Shown here: one piece after another, positions 25,390 through 38,539 of the stretch
How positions within the stretch are numbered: position 1 is the stretch's first letter
How the letters are laid out: each line of letters opens with the position of its first letter
DNA from: Lama glama
Lineage: Eukaryota
Reading direction: 5' to 3'
DNA length: 64,000 nucleotides
NCBI GenBank assembly: GCA_028534125.1
Contig: CM052816.1
Location: forward strand, 80,292,001 to 80,356,000
Notes under the pieces: model-generated
The model's input: the letters and a program-made list of their open reading frames with translations, nothing else
What the model was told of the DNA's origin: nothing
Database searches by the model: none
Made by a program: the position numbers and the translations under genes

Positions 25390-28279
25390 GTAAATTCTTT
25401 TCTCTTTACTGAGGAAAAAAGATTCTTGTTCTTGCCTTTTATTCATGTTTAAAAAAATTATTCTTTGTCTTTGTTTTGTTTCCTTATTTGGTGTGAAGAG
25501 TTTTGTTAAGTTTAACTGAATCCTAAAATCTCCAGGAGCTATTATCCCTTGGAATGAAAACTTTGCACCTAATAGAAAAATGCGTGCATTTTCCTCCAGT
25601 CCTCTTGTCCCTGACTCTTTTCAGAACATCAAACCAGGGAAGCTGAAGCCAGTTGCAAAATGTTAGGCCAGGAAAGAAACCTGGAATCATCCTTAGGCCA
25701 CAAGAAATAATTTCACCTCTTTGATTAGGATTATAAAGTTGTTCTTCCAAATGACAGCGTCCCTGGGTTGGAAACTGGAAGAACTAAGAGGTTATCGGGA
25801 TGAAGGCTTCATTTTCTCTTGATCACACAGCAAATAGAGAAAATGTGAGAATCTAGATCTGCAGAGACCTGATTAGCCCTTCCCTGCTCTGGGCTGCCTC
25901 GGGGGAGAACACCCACACTCCCCACTGATCTTAGCTGGGATGGAGCCCCTGTGCTGTGCAGTTCTGCAAGACAGCACAGGAATCATGGGAGAGCCTACAG
26001 TGGAACCCACTCGATCATTAAAAGATGTGTATGTTTTTGAAGATTTCTTTGAGATATAATAATTACGCAAAATACACATTCATATGAAGAATGATCTCCA
26101 TTGTGGGAAAAACTACACACATACAGAGAAAAAATAGAGAGGATGCATATATATCCCAAAGTGTTCATTGAAGTTACTGTCCCTGGGCGGATGGGCTGAC
26201 AGGCGGTTTTCATTTTCTTTTCTAAACCCTTCACTGTTTTCAACATTTCTATAATAGAAAAGTATTACTTTGAAAATGAAGAAAAAAAAAGTTGTGGTTT
26301 AAGGAACAAAAGAAGGCAGGGTTTTACTAAAGATAAGTAGGTATTATCGATTATCCCTGCCTCTTTGCCCCGTTGATGGATATGACTCACCCTCAAACTG
26401 TCATCCCTCAAACTGTCATCCAGCAGCGGCTGTCTCACTTTACCCCGAGGCTGTTGTGATGATCAGATGAAATCTAGTGGGTGGAAGTCTTTTGAAAGGC
26501 GTAAAAGCCTCCATGCTATTAAGAAAAGAAATGCATCAGATACAATGAACTTGTATTAATACGTGCCATGTGGACAACACTGTAGGCTCCGAATGGTTCT
26601 GTTATGTGGTTTAAAAAACAAAAGGAACATAACATAAGAAAGAAAAGAGTAATTCTTAGGCTCAGAGCCAAGCATCTGACTCTCCTCTTCCAAATGTGCA
26701 TCTTGGGAGCTTCCAGCTGAGCAGTGGGAGTCTCCACTGTGTCAGGGCCAGGGCCCTGGACTTCATTGTTGGTTGAAGTCCATACTTTCCAAAGTGAGGG
26801 TGGCTGTGCAGTTTGAGCACTGTGATTTATTTTTTTTAATGGCAAAAGGCCTGAATTATTTCAGAGTTCAAACCAGATCCCATAAAATCTGTCTCCAGGT
26901 CCTCCATGCCGTCAGTTGCTCCCTTCAATATTTAGTCTCCTGAGGGCAGTTTTGTACAGTTCTCTCTTCCCCAGGTGGCTCTGTGACTTTTTCACTTATA
27001 AATCCATCTCTACCCAATCTCTAGTTGACAAAGTTACACAATGCATACAGTACAACTCTCAAGGGCTCAGAATCATTGCAAGGACTTCACCAAGGGGATT
27101 GAAGAGTCAGTGAATAATGTGCCAGCTGCATTTTCATTCTGAGTTAAAATATCCAAAAGGGCTTTGAACAGTTGCATCCTCAGCTTTTACAGAAAGACTG
27201 GGTACAATTTGGAAGTCCGTATTTATTTTTGGAAGAAAGAAAAAAATAGGTTAACAATGAGAGCAGGCTGAAAATTACGTATAAGACAGAAGCACAAATT
27301 AGTATTTGGAATGAGGCTGAATACTTGCTGGTCAGATTCACTTTTTAAAATTTTGAATTTTTGGAAAGAAAAGAAAGAAAGTGACGATAAACTGCTTACT
27401 CTGAGACATGAAAATCAGGCTGTTTCTCAGTCTATACCTTTAACTGCTTCATCCTGTGGTCAAGGAAAAAAGTAATAATTCTGCTTTGAATTTCTGTTAT
27501 GGTCACCATTTGTTTTGCTAAGTACCATATTCTATATGTAGAAAATAGTTATTTTTACTAACTCCAAGAGAATGTCTATATTTTTGAATACTGACTAAGT
27601 ATTAAAAAATCAATTGAGTCGTGGTTAAATACTACCAAATTTATGAATTAAAAAAATCAGCTTGTATAACAAACTTACAAGGGGTAAATATGATTTTCTG
27701 CATCAAAGAAGTAAAGAGCACTATCACATATGGTTAAGAGTCATAAAACAATATGCTGCTGTAGTTAAACTAGAAAATTTCAGGAGGCTGTCTTATAAAT
27801 AAACTAGCCAGGACCCAATTTCATTATGTCAAGATTCAGAATAAATAAAGATCTGACAAGAAAGACCTATTACCCTACCATGCTTGATGCTTATCGTCTC
27901 AGTGTCTTCAGGGCAACTGAGTGCTTAATATTCCCAAGGTTCTTGCTTGTCTTACATGACCAGATGTTAAAGGCCGTTCCATTTTTTTGCATTTCAAAAC
28001 TGTTGTGTCAATAGTTCAAAATTTTTCATTCTCTTGATGCTCCTGATACCAATAAATTAGAGCCTCTGCTTTTTACCATAATTTAAGTCTAGATTTAAAC
28101 AATTGGGGGCATATGTACTGGGGGATGTGTGTGTGTATGTGTGTTTGTTTATGTTCTACAGTGTTTTCACTTCTGACTCAACGTAGGGCTCATTTACTTG
28201 TGTTGGCTCATGGCAGGATCTAGAGAAATAAACTGAGAGAAGGTACCTGGCCAAGAACAGGGAGCTGATTGGCTCTATA

Positions 28280-28800
28280 CAGTAGATTTCTATTGCTTCA
28301 TAATGAACTACCATGAATTTAGCAGCTTAAAACCACACACATTTATTATCTCATATTTCTGTAGGTCACAAGTCTGGGTTCTCTGCTCAGGGTGCCACAA
28401 GGCTGAAATCAAGGTGTTGGTGGAACTTTCTCATCTAGAGGCTCAAATGGAGAGAAATCAGCTTTGAACTCATGCAGGTGGAATGGTGGTTGCTCTTTGT
28501 GGTTGTAGGACTGAGGTCCTTGTTTTCTTGCTGATGACCAGGGGTCCTTCTATCTCCTAGAAGCTGTACTCGGGTCCTTTCCATGTGGCCCCCTCCACAT
28601 TCAAAGCCAGAAATTCTTGTGCTTTGAGACTCTCTGACATCCCCTTCTGCTCCCAGCTGGAGAAAACGCCATCTTTTTAAAGGGCCCATGTGAGTTGGTT
28701 CAGGTCCCCCAGATGATTTCCCTTTTCATTAATTCAAAGTCAACTGATTAGTAAACTTAGTTATATCTGAAAAATCCTTTTGCAGTGTAGCAGCAGAATC
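28280..28800 (-). mobile_element. MLT1-family MaLR LTR
   Basis: ttagcagcttaaaaccacacacatttattatctcatatttctgtaggtcacaagtctggg. Confidence 0.7.
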
Positions 28801-29213
28801 ATGAGGCTGGAGATCAAAGACGCCATCTTGTTCTAAGAGTCAAGAAATCACAGAATTATAATCATTTAAGGGCTGGCTTAGATCTTTGAGCTTGGTCCTC
28901 ATGCAGTGGTTCTGTCATTCAAAGATAGGAAGCTAGATGTCTCTTACATCATGGCTCAAAGCAAGCTCCATTTCCAGTCCCTTCACCCTTATGTCCCTGA
29001 AGCCCCACTCTGAGCCAGAAACTGCTAAGTATCCACACATGTTTAACAGGTCCCATACCTCCTATGAGACTGCTTCATGCTAACCTTAGTGCCCAGAAAC
29101 TGTACTCTTGTGTGATGGTCGACTGACAGATGTGTAATATGGCTGTGTGCTGGCTCCCACAGTGGACTGTGTGTCTACACTGAATGTCACACCTGTTTGA
29201 TGTTTTATTCCAG

Positions 29214-29357
29214 ATTCCAAGGACCATGACCATGAAGTCATTGCTAAGGGCGCTGATAAGCATGCCTCCCCACTACTGCTGCCTTTTCATCAGCCACCTC
29301 ATTGGATGGACCGCTTTCCTGTCCAACATGCTCTTCTTCACAGACTTCATGGGCCAG
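29214..29357 (+). CDS. SLC45A2: SLC45A2 exon 4
   Basis: ttttattccag| acceptor and CAG|gtaatg donor. 144 nt encoding [48 protein letters not shown]. Confidence 0.97.
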
Positions 29358-29984
29358 GTAATGGACACGTCTGCACACACTCACTGACTCACACAGCAAT
29401 CCCTCAGTCGGCACCTGTGGAACTTCCGGGCTGGCCTCTGGGAAGGGCACAGTAAGAGTGTAGGAAAGAGTACTTTCAAGGAGGCGGCTTACAGACAGGT
29501 TCCAGAGGGAAGTTAACTACACCCTACACACCTAGAGGACACCGTGGGGCCGGTATTTGATCAAATACAACAAATAGGGAAAAATCAGCGTGAACTGTAG
29601 TAGCCACAGCAGGCTTAATAAAGAAGGTGCAGTGCAATTCAGACCTTAAAGGGTGAGTAGGAGCTGAAGAGAAAGGAGAGGGGGAGAAAACACTGGCATG
29701 TGTGGAGGTGAGTCAGAAGCCTGTTGACTGTACCAGAATATGGGTGACAGGATTGCCTAAGTTGGGTGGGGCCAGATGTTAGGTAAAAGGAGGGGTGTTA
29801 AAAATCCAGGGAGATGCTGTGTAAACTTGATGTAGTAGGTATTAAGACCTCCTGAGGGTCCTTGAATGGAGGTGTGAAAGGATGAAACGGGTGACATGGT
29901 CATGAGGGAATAAGGGCTGTGCCCTAGAAAAGGGTGGAGAAGTAGAGTATGTGAGAAGGGGTCCCTACCACCCTGCACTTGTAG

Positions 29985-30140
<156 letters not shown>

Positions 30141-30370
30141 TAAGCCTCCTCCTCCTAAGGGTGTCCTCTAAAGGGCTCTGGTCTAGCAGAATCTTGGATT
30201 TCATGTATCTATATTTCTATATTTTTTGCTGTTTAAAATACCAGATTCTTGATAAACATATGGAGATTAGGAAAAGCTATTCCCCTAGAATTGACCCATT
30301 AAGTATCCTGTTCCATGGTGAATTCTGGATATAATTTTTCTCCATGATTGCTTTGTACTTGGAATCACTG

Positions 30371-32140
30371 TGTTACCCAACTCAGGTTAAGTTCCTCACC
30401 GCTCAGAAGCCAATACTTGAGAGGCAAGTGTTGGTAAAAAGGACAGTTGCTTTAATCAGAAAAGCCAGCAGTCTGGGGAGAAGACGGACTCATGTCTCCA
30501 AAACCCAGCACTGAAGATTCTGCTCAGCCATAAGAGTTTTTAAAGGGAAAATGGGGAGCAATTTCAGTTTATCATTGAGATAGGGGATCCATCTTGTCAC
30601 TGTCTCCCACTGTGTGCAGTCCGGTCAACTCCTTGTCGCGATCTTTCTTCAGATGCTGTTTTGTTCACCCAGTTTGTTCATGAGATTACTGAAAGGGAAG
30701 CTGGGGAAGAGATTTGGTCACCTGTTAATTACTTATTCTTTGTTTCTAGTTCTTTGATCTAAGGAAAGAACCAACAGGCTAGGCAAGGTATTGTGTGATC
30801 AAAAGATTTGAAAAGTGTGCTTGAGCTGGAGTTGAGTAGAGTGGAGGCAGAGGCAGAGGGCGTGGTTTAAAAGTTAGTTACAGCTTACCTATTGGCCATT
30901 TGTACGTCTTCATTGAAGAAACGTTTGTTTAGGTTTTCTGCCTATTTTTTGATTGGTTTTTTAAAATTTTTTTGTTATTGAGTTGTATGAACTGTTAGCA
31001 TATTCTGGAAATTAAACCCTGTCAGTCCCATCATTTGCAAATATTTTCTCCTACTCCATAGGTAGTCTTTTCATTTTGTTTATAGTTCCCTTTGCTGTGC
31101 AAAAGTTTATAAGTTTAATCAGGTCCCATTTGTTTATTTTTGCTTGTATTTCTATTGCCTTAGTAGACTGCCCTAGGAGAACATTGCTAAGATTTATGTT
31201 GGAGAATGTTTTGCTAACTGTTAGAGAAATGTGAACCAAAACTGCAATGAGATGTGACCTCACACCAGTCAGAATAGCCATCAGTCAAGAGTCTACAAAT
31301 AATAAATGCTGGAGAGGGTGTGGAGAAAAAGGAACCCTTTTACACTGTTGGTGGGAATGTAGTTTGGTGCAGCCACTATGGAAAGCAGTATGGAGATTCC
31401 TTAAAAAACTAAAAATAGACTTACCATATGATCCAGCAATCCCACTCCTGGGCATATATTGGAGGAAACTCTAATTTGAAAAGATACATGCACCCCAATG
31501 TTTATAGCAGCATCCTTTACAATAGCCAAGACATGGAAGCAACTTAAATGTCCATTGACAGGTGATGGGATAAAGTTGTGGTATATTTACACAATGGAAT
31601 ACAACTGAGTCATAAAAAAGAATAGAATGATGCCATCTGCAGCAACATGAATGGAACTGGAGATTGTCATTAGCCAAAAAGAGAAAGAGAAATACTGTAT
31701 AAGATCATTTTTATGTGGAATCTAAAAAGAAATGAGACAAGTAAACTTATTTGCAAAATAGAAACAGACTCACAGACATAGAAAACAAACTTGTGGTTAC
31801 CAGGGAGGAGGGGGAGTGGAGGGATAAATTGAGAGTTTGGGATTTTCAAATACTAACAACTATATAAAATAAATAAACAGCAATGTCCCACTGTATAGCA
31901 CAGGAAACTTTATCCATACCTTGTCATAGCCTTTAATGAAAAAGAATATGAAAAGGAATATATGTATGTATAACTGAATCACTATGCTATACACCAGAGA
32001 TTAACACAACACTGTAAACTGACTATAGTTCAATAAAAAATTTTTTAAGTTAGTTGCAATGTTGCTTTGCTAAAGTGACAAGAAAAAGGGGCTTCTTGCA
32101 GAGACCTCTTTCCTGCAAAAACTGCCAAAAACTGCTTACA
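30371..32140. mobile_element. Solo ERV-type LTR interrupted by an L1 (LTR parts 30371-30882 and 32047-32140)
   Basis: TGTTAC... and ...TTACA termini, near-TSD actg/agtg, sequence continuous across the L1. Confidence 0.55.
30883..32046 (+). mobile_element. 5'-truncated, 5'-inverted L1 (twin-priming structure)
   Basis: 30888-31214 is antisense ORF2. About 31214-32040 is sense ORF2 C-terminus ([18 protein letters not shown]), 3'UTR and AATAAAAAA. TSD aagttagtt(a/g)ca. Confidence 0.88.
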
Positions 32141-35100
32141 AGTGGGCTCCTGATCAAGACTCTTAGGAGGTAGAAGGGAATCTCATATATAAATTGGTGA
32201 GGTATTGGACGGGTAAGGAATAGAGTCTTAGTGGAGACCATGACTGTGATTAACAGTGGGTCTTTGTTCTGCTGGATTAAGATCACTGGTGGAGTTTCAT
32301 AAATGTACTTAGCAGTCTTGAAAATGACACAAAATTGGAGGATGGTTAATATGCAAGATGACAGAATTAACATGTAAAATTGAAGGGATGATTAGAATGC
32401 TAGGTGACAAGGTTAACGTGTAAAATGACCTTAACTCAGATGGGCAGGGTGATATGTTACAGGAGCACGGTTCCAGATTGAGGACAACGGCTTTCCTTCT
32501 CAGGTGCCAGCTTTCCACCGGATCTGCAGCCTATTAACCACCCCTTAGCTAAGCTGCAGCTGTGAGGACACTGTAAACAAGAGGATTTCTGGGACTGGTT
32601 TTCAATAAGTCCAAGTGGATGTACTCCAACTCTCGGGCATAGCACAGGCTCATTTTGTGCTTGCTAATTTGTATGGAAATCTCCAAGTGCTCCATGCATT
32701 GAATTAAGTGAGAACTCTGGCTGATAGTGTGTGCAATTCCCCCATTTGGAGTGGAAATCTGGGAGTTCCCCGGCATTCGGGGGAGAATAGCTGGCCCCCA
32801 GGGCAGAGCTCTAGGCTTTGGATAGGCCCAGGAGACGGCAGGGGTATGGCCCAGGTCAGGGAGGGGGAGGCGATGAGGGACAAATCCCCGTTGCCATTCT
32901 CAGGGGCATCATTCTGTCACTGAAGTGTGCTGCTTGTGGGAGAGGAGGGTGAATGTTTATAATGACCCCTAGCCTGGCATTCAGCCCTTTACCACATAGC
33001 CATACCACAGCGGGAAACCTGCTTTGAAATCAAGAAAGTCTCTTCAAAATATAGCACAGTTGAGCAAAGGGCACCTAATACAAACATATAAGGAATTTAT
33101 GAGTGCAATAATCATAGAACCATAAAATTCATTATTTCTAAATTTATGGTAACCAAATAGTGGTGGCTTAAAGTATACCTTTCTTTAGCAAAACCCATTT
33201 TTTTCCCCTTAGAGTGTATGAATTAAGAAAATTCCAGGAGGAAGATTTCAAGTACCTAGAATCAGGGAGCATTAGACCAAAAGGATCTAATAAATTATCC
33301 ATCTCCATCCCTCTGTGCTTTCAAAAGGTGAGGGGACTCTTTGTTCCTAATCTTATTCTTGTAAGAGGAATACATTTTTCAAAACATCATTAGCATTTTA
33401 ATTTTGTGTCAAAATTAGCATTTTAACCTTTTTTTTTTTTCTCAGAGAATCCCTCCTAGGGACCCTCCATTAGTCTAGTTGGAGTTTCTGTGTGAAATTC
33501 ATGGCATTTAAAAATTAAAAGCATGCTTTTTCTTTTAGGTCTTTTCTAGTTAAAAGCCCTGTGTACAAAATAAACTAATATTTGAATAGTTTTCCATAGT
33601 TACATCTAATGTGTAAGTACATGGGATCCCTATCATTGTGAGTTAGAAGTAAAATTTTACTTATAAAATACCAACCACTCTGCCTAAGGACCTTCAGGGG
33701 CTCTCATGTTCATAAGAGAGAGCCCCAATCTTGGCACTCCAGGGTTCGCAGTTTGGCCTGGCTCACACTTGGACCTCTGTCGCTCCCACACAGTAAATCC
33801 CCCAGTGACCCTCTGTGCAGATTTTCATCTCTGTTTTGCTTTTGATTTCTTCCACTTGAACTGCTTTTTCTACCTTCCCACCCTGACAACTACTAATCAT
33901 GCTTTCAGACCCAGCTCCAGTGTGACCTCTTCTGTGCAATCTGTCAAGTCTTTCTGCCGCTTCCCAACCCACTCTGGGCAGAATCAATCATTTCCTTCAA
34001 TTCCAGAGCACACCATATAATCCTCTATTTTGGATTATCACATAACATCGGGTCCAGGTCCAGAATTTCTGTCCAGACAGAGCTCGGCTGGGCAATCTGG
34101 CTGCTGGGGCCGGGGGTGGGGGACAGTGATAAGGGACTTGGTTTCAAGAGCCTTTGCACAGCAGCCATGCTCAGATCAATGAGAAGAGCAAGGCTGAGTA
34201 CTGAAAGATAGCCAGTTGTCCATCTCTTGCACTACTATTCATAGCTGGCCTTTAATCAATCATTTCCCTCCAATCTTGATGAGAGACACAGTGTGAGTTG
34301 TTATCAGACCCAGTGAGTCAACTTGGTCCTTAAATTGATTGATTTATCTTCATGAATAAAGCATTCTTTGCTGGATTTTCAGTCTTTGTACTGAAGTTAC
34401 CTATGTTTCCAAATATCTCTTTATTTTCCTTTGCCTTCTTCCTGATTGGCCTGTACGCTTGTGAGAACATTTCCCTAAGAAGTACCGATAATAGCTTTCA
34501 GGTACTGAGACAACTTAGATTACATTTTCCACATAAATATAATCATTAAGCAAACAGAAACTGACCTCGCTTTATGCTGCTTTTCCTTTCATCCTTGACA
34601 ACAGTCCTCCAGTCATGGGATGAATTTAATAGAGGGAGCAATGTTGGCTCATTTAACATTTTCAGAACTCCATGGGATGCCCCAAGACACTGTCTGGTTT
34701 CAGAACTGATACAACTGTAATACAGATTAGGTTTCTTGTCTTTGCAGTGTAAATTAATAATTATTTGAATAGATATGGAAAATTACACTCTTGAATAGGC
34801 ACATTTCTAGTATCTGTCATTTATTTATCCCCATGAGTTCATGTGTTCCGGTAGAATGAGCAGGGAAAGATAAGGAAAATACAGATTAAAAATAACCAAT
34901 TAAAAAAGGGAGATAAAAGTACTTTTTAGGGACTTTCCCTACCATGGTGGAAAACATAATAAAATATTTTAAAGCAGAATTTTCCATTTTAAAAAATGAG
35001 CTCTAGTGTGATACCTTTATTAGCAAGTTAAGTTCACCTGCCGGGAGGGGACCCAAGGTACGAGTCAACCATGTTCAGCCAAGCCTGTATTTGCTGAAAT

Positions 35101-35903
35101 AATGATAGGCACCATTAACTGGATGTCTTCTGTGTGCTTGTGCTGGGTGATTTCAGTTTATCTGACACAGTTTATCTCATTTGATCCTAATAACAACCAC
35201 AAAGAAAGGTTTTATTAGTTCCACGTTTTCTGATGAGGAAGCTGGGGTTTAGGGAAGTTCCAGAAGTTGTCCATAGAGAATAAGGGCACCAGCAATGGGA
35301 GGCGCCCGTGAGGGGAGCCCCTTGTCAGCCTGGGAAGGGCTGGCAAGTCAGGTGATAGACATTCTTTACTTCTTTCTCATGTTGTGTAGACGGCATTCAG
35401 GTGGGGTGAAGATGCTGAACTACTTGGATCATTCTATAAAATCTGGTTATTCCCATTTTCCCCAACCTGACTTTGGGCTTCGGGGGCCAAGACAGACCTG
35501 GATTGTTATTTTGGTCCTGTTAGGCTAGATCCCTGTGTATCAGAAAGACCCCCACTTTTCTTCCATGCCTTGTAGCCCCAGGGTCCCATAACCAAGGTGG
35601 GCTTTTGTATCACCTCTTCTGCAACCTGTTGCTATCCAGCTGTCCACGACACAGTGCTTGGTCCTATCTTGCAGAATAGAAGTCAACCCACCAAGGCAAT
35701 TTCCAGCTCTCTTTTATGCAAAGGATTCAGAGCTGATTCAAAAGCCAGCTGTTTTCAAGCACAGATAAGGGGCTTCTTTCGTTCATGACTCAGGATCAAA
35801 GGAAGGCTAAAAAAAGTGACTCTTCAGAAGGGAAGGTTGTCTGAAATGATGAAATGTTGTGAGGCACTGCCAGCTGTAATTTCTCCCTCTCTTCTCCCCG
35901 CAG

Positions 35904-36118
35904 ACTTTCAGAAAGCTTTGGTTCCCCACATCGGATTAAAGGGTCTTTACTTCATGGGGTATTTGCTGTTTGGCCTGGGGACGGGATTTATCGGGCTCTT
36001 CCCGAATGTCTACTCCACCCTGGCCATGTGCACCTTGTTTGGCGTGATGTCTAGCACCCTGTACACCGTGCCCTTTAACCTCATTGCCATGTACCGCCGC
36101 GAGGAGCAGGAGGAGCAG
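35904..36118 (+). CDS. SLC45A2: SLC45A2 exon 6
   Basis: ctccccgcag| acceptor and CAG|gtgcgt donor. 215 nt encoding [40 protein letters not shown]...[10 protein letters not shown]. Confidence 0.96.
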
Positions 36119-36894
36119 GTGCGTTGTTGAGCCTCGGCTCTGAGTCACTTCTGGAGTCACCTGAAGGCTGGGGGAACTTGGTAGGAAGGTGTAGAGCAGA
36201 GGTGAAAAATAAGGGCTCTTGAAACAGCAGCACTAAAATGTCCAGCCAGGTGTAACAATGGTCTGGCCAAGGCATGACTGTCTTCCCAGCCCCAACCCCT
36301 CCCGGGCCTTACTCTGAAGCCCTGTGCACCTGGGAGCAGTAGGGCAGGTACCGTGACTCCCATTGATCAGATTAGGAAGCGGTGGGCCGGTGGAGGGGCC
36401 GGGAAGGTGGTGCAGGGGGTTGGTAATGCCGAGAAACCAGCCCACAATCACACAGAGACCAAGCAAGGGGAACCCTGGGCTTATGACTGCAACATTTCTG
36501 GGTGCCACATCGAGGGCTCCTAGCCTGAACCACTGTAGGGGTGCATGGTGGAATTTCCAGGAGTTATTGGTGGAGGGTAGGAAATTTGTAAGCAACATTT
36601 TCCTTGGATGTCTAGGTATTAGTAAGTCAGACCCTGTGTGCAAGGAGGAAAGCCGGTCATAGGTGATCACCTCCACCAGTTGCTTGAAGGGAGGCCTCCC
36701 CATCTCCACCTCAGCACTTAAGCCAGAGGGCAAGACCCTACGTTGCCCTAAAAGAGCACTAGATTGGGTATTTCTGCTGTAAAGTTTTTTCTTATCAAAA
36801 TATGCAATTTTTCCCCAGTAAAAGGGACTTTGCTTCTAAAGAGACAGCAGCATAAAGAACTGTCCCTCTAAGAGAGTTAGATGGTACTCGGCCC

Positions 36895-37585
36895 AAAATA
36901 CATAGGCTTAGGACTCAGAGAAACTTGCATTCAAATCCTGCCTCCCCCGCATGGCAGCTTGGTGATACTGGGGATGCTATTCATTTGTGTATTAAATATC
37001 ACTTAAAATGAGTTCATTTTTAGATGGACAATGCAGTCACGTGGTTCAGCACCCACAAAGATACACGAGTGTGTAGTAAGTGGCTCCCGCCACCCCTCCC
37101 TCCACGCTTTCCCTATCTGCCACCCTGGCTCCTACGTGTAACCATTTTAATCAGGGTTTTGTCTGTCTTTCCAGTATTTTTGAATGAAAATCCAGCAAAT
37201 ATGAATCTGTTTTATTATTCTCCCTTTCTTACTCAAAGGATAATATGCATTTTTTCCTGCACAATGACTTTTTTATTTAATAGTACAGGAATTATCACTC
37301 AGAGCCTTAGTTTTCTAATCCATCAAATGGGAATGATACACCCACCTTATAGAGTTGTTGGAAAATTAAATGAAACAAGAAAGTGTAGGTGATCTGGTTA
37401 GCATAATGCCTACCTGGCACCTGGCAGACTGCAAATATGGTAGGTGGTAGTGTTATTCTCATCATGGGGCTCATTATAATTATAATACATGCATCCAGGG
37501 AGGTGGTGAGGATGCGATGAAGTAACGTATGTGAAAGAGCCTTGCAGAAGGCCTAGCACACAGATGATACCCAACAAATGGCAAT
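36895..37585. mobile_element. MIR fragments interrupted by an old L1 fragment
   Basis: ttcaaatcctgcctcc, ccttagttttctaatccatcaaatgggaatgata, and gtatgtgaaagagcctt...cctagcaca motifs. Confidence 0.55.
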
Positions 37586-37923
37586 CTTATCAATCATTTC
37601 TGACCAAATATCAAATAGTGATCAGATATTAATCAACTAACCAAATATCAACCATATTTTGAAAGGTTGAATTTCATTTTTATGTTGTTTCTCCTACATA
37701 TATCTGTGATTTAACATCTTTCTAAAAATGTTTGAAGTTTTGACACCAGGAAAGAAAAGGAATGGATTATTTATTGAGTTTCTACTACATTGCACATACT
37801 GACTTCTTAGGAAGAGATAATTTTGCATTCTTAACCATTTAACTCTCCTGTGTGTTAATGGTGGAGTGTCAGACTTTGTGGCAGGCAGGGAAGACAGGTT
37901 CAGGCAGGGCGTGGTGCTTAAAT

Positions 37924-38254
37924 CAGGGGTTGACAAACTATGTCTTGTTGGCCAAGTGTGGCCTACGCCCTGCTTTTGTCCAGCCTGTTGTGAGCTAAGA
38001 AATCTTTTAAATTTTTTAAATGATTTTTAAAAAATCAGTAGAAGGATAATATCTGTGACAAGTGAAAGTTACATGAAATTCAAATACCAATGTCCACCAA
38101 ATTATGTTGGAATGCCAGCTTGTTAATGCACTGCCACTGCTTTTGCACAACAGTGGCAGAGTCATGTAGTTGCAACCAAGACCACGCGACCCACAAGCTG
38201 AAAGTGTTTATTATCTGGCTTTGTACAGAAAAAGTTTGCTTGCTGACTTCTGCC
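37924..38254. mobile_element. MER58-like hAT-Charlie element
   Basis: caggggttgacaaacta... and ...ctttgtacagaaaaagtttgc...gacttctg termini. Confidence 0.75.
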
Positions 38255-38305
38255 CTGAAGGACAGTTGGTGTAGATCAAATGCTGTTCCTGTGCTTCCCT
38301 TGCAG

Positions 38306-38530
38306 AGGCAGCAGGCCCGGGGAGGGGACCTGGACAGCAGCGGGAGAGGGCAGGGCCTGGACTGCGCCTCCCTCACCTGCATGGTGCAGCTGGCTCAGAT
38401 CCTGGTCGGAGGTGGCCTGGGCTTTCTGGTCAACATGGCCGGGAGCGTCGTCGTCGTGGTGATCACGGCCTCTGTGCTGGCACTGATCGGCAGTTGCTTT
38501 GTGGCTCTCTTTGTTAGACACATGGATTAG
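38306..38530 (+). CDS. SLC45A2: SLC45A2 exon 7 (terminal coding exon)
   Basis: cttcccttgcag| acceptor. Encodes [39 protein letters not shown]...FVRHMD* in 225 nt. Spliced CDS totals 1584 nt, 527 aa, with no frameshift. Confidence 0.96.
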   Translation, partial: RQQARGGDLDSSGRGQGLDCASLTCMVQLAQILVGGGLGFLVNMAGSVVVVVITASVLALIGSCFVALFVRHMD

Positions 38531-38533
38531 GTC

Positions 38534-38539
38534 AATAAA
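38534..38539 (+). terminator. SLC45A2: SLC45A2 polyadenylation signal AATAAA
   Basis: TAG gtc AATAAA: canonical hexamer 3 nt after the stop codon. Confidence 0.8.
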
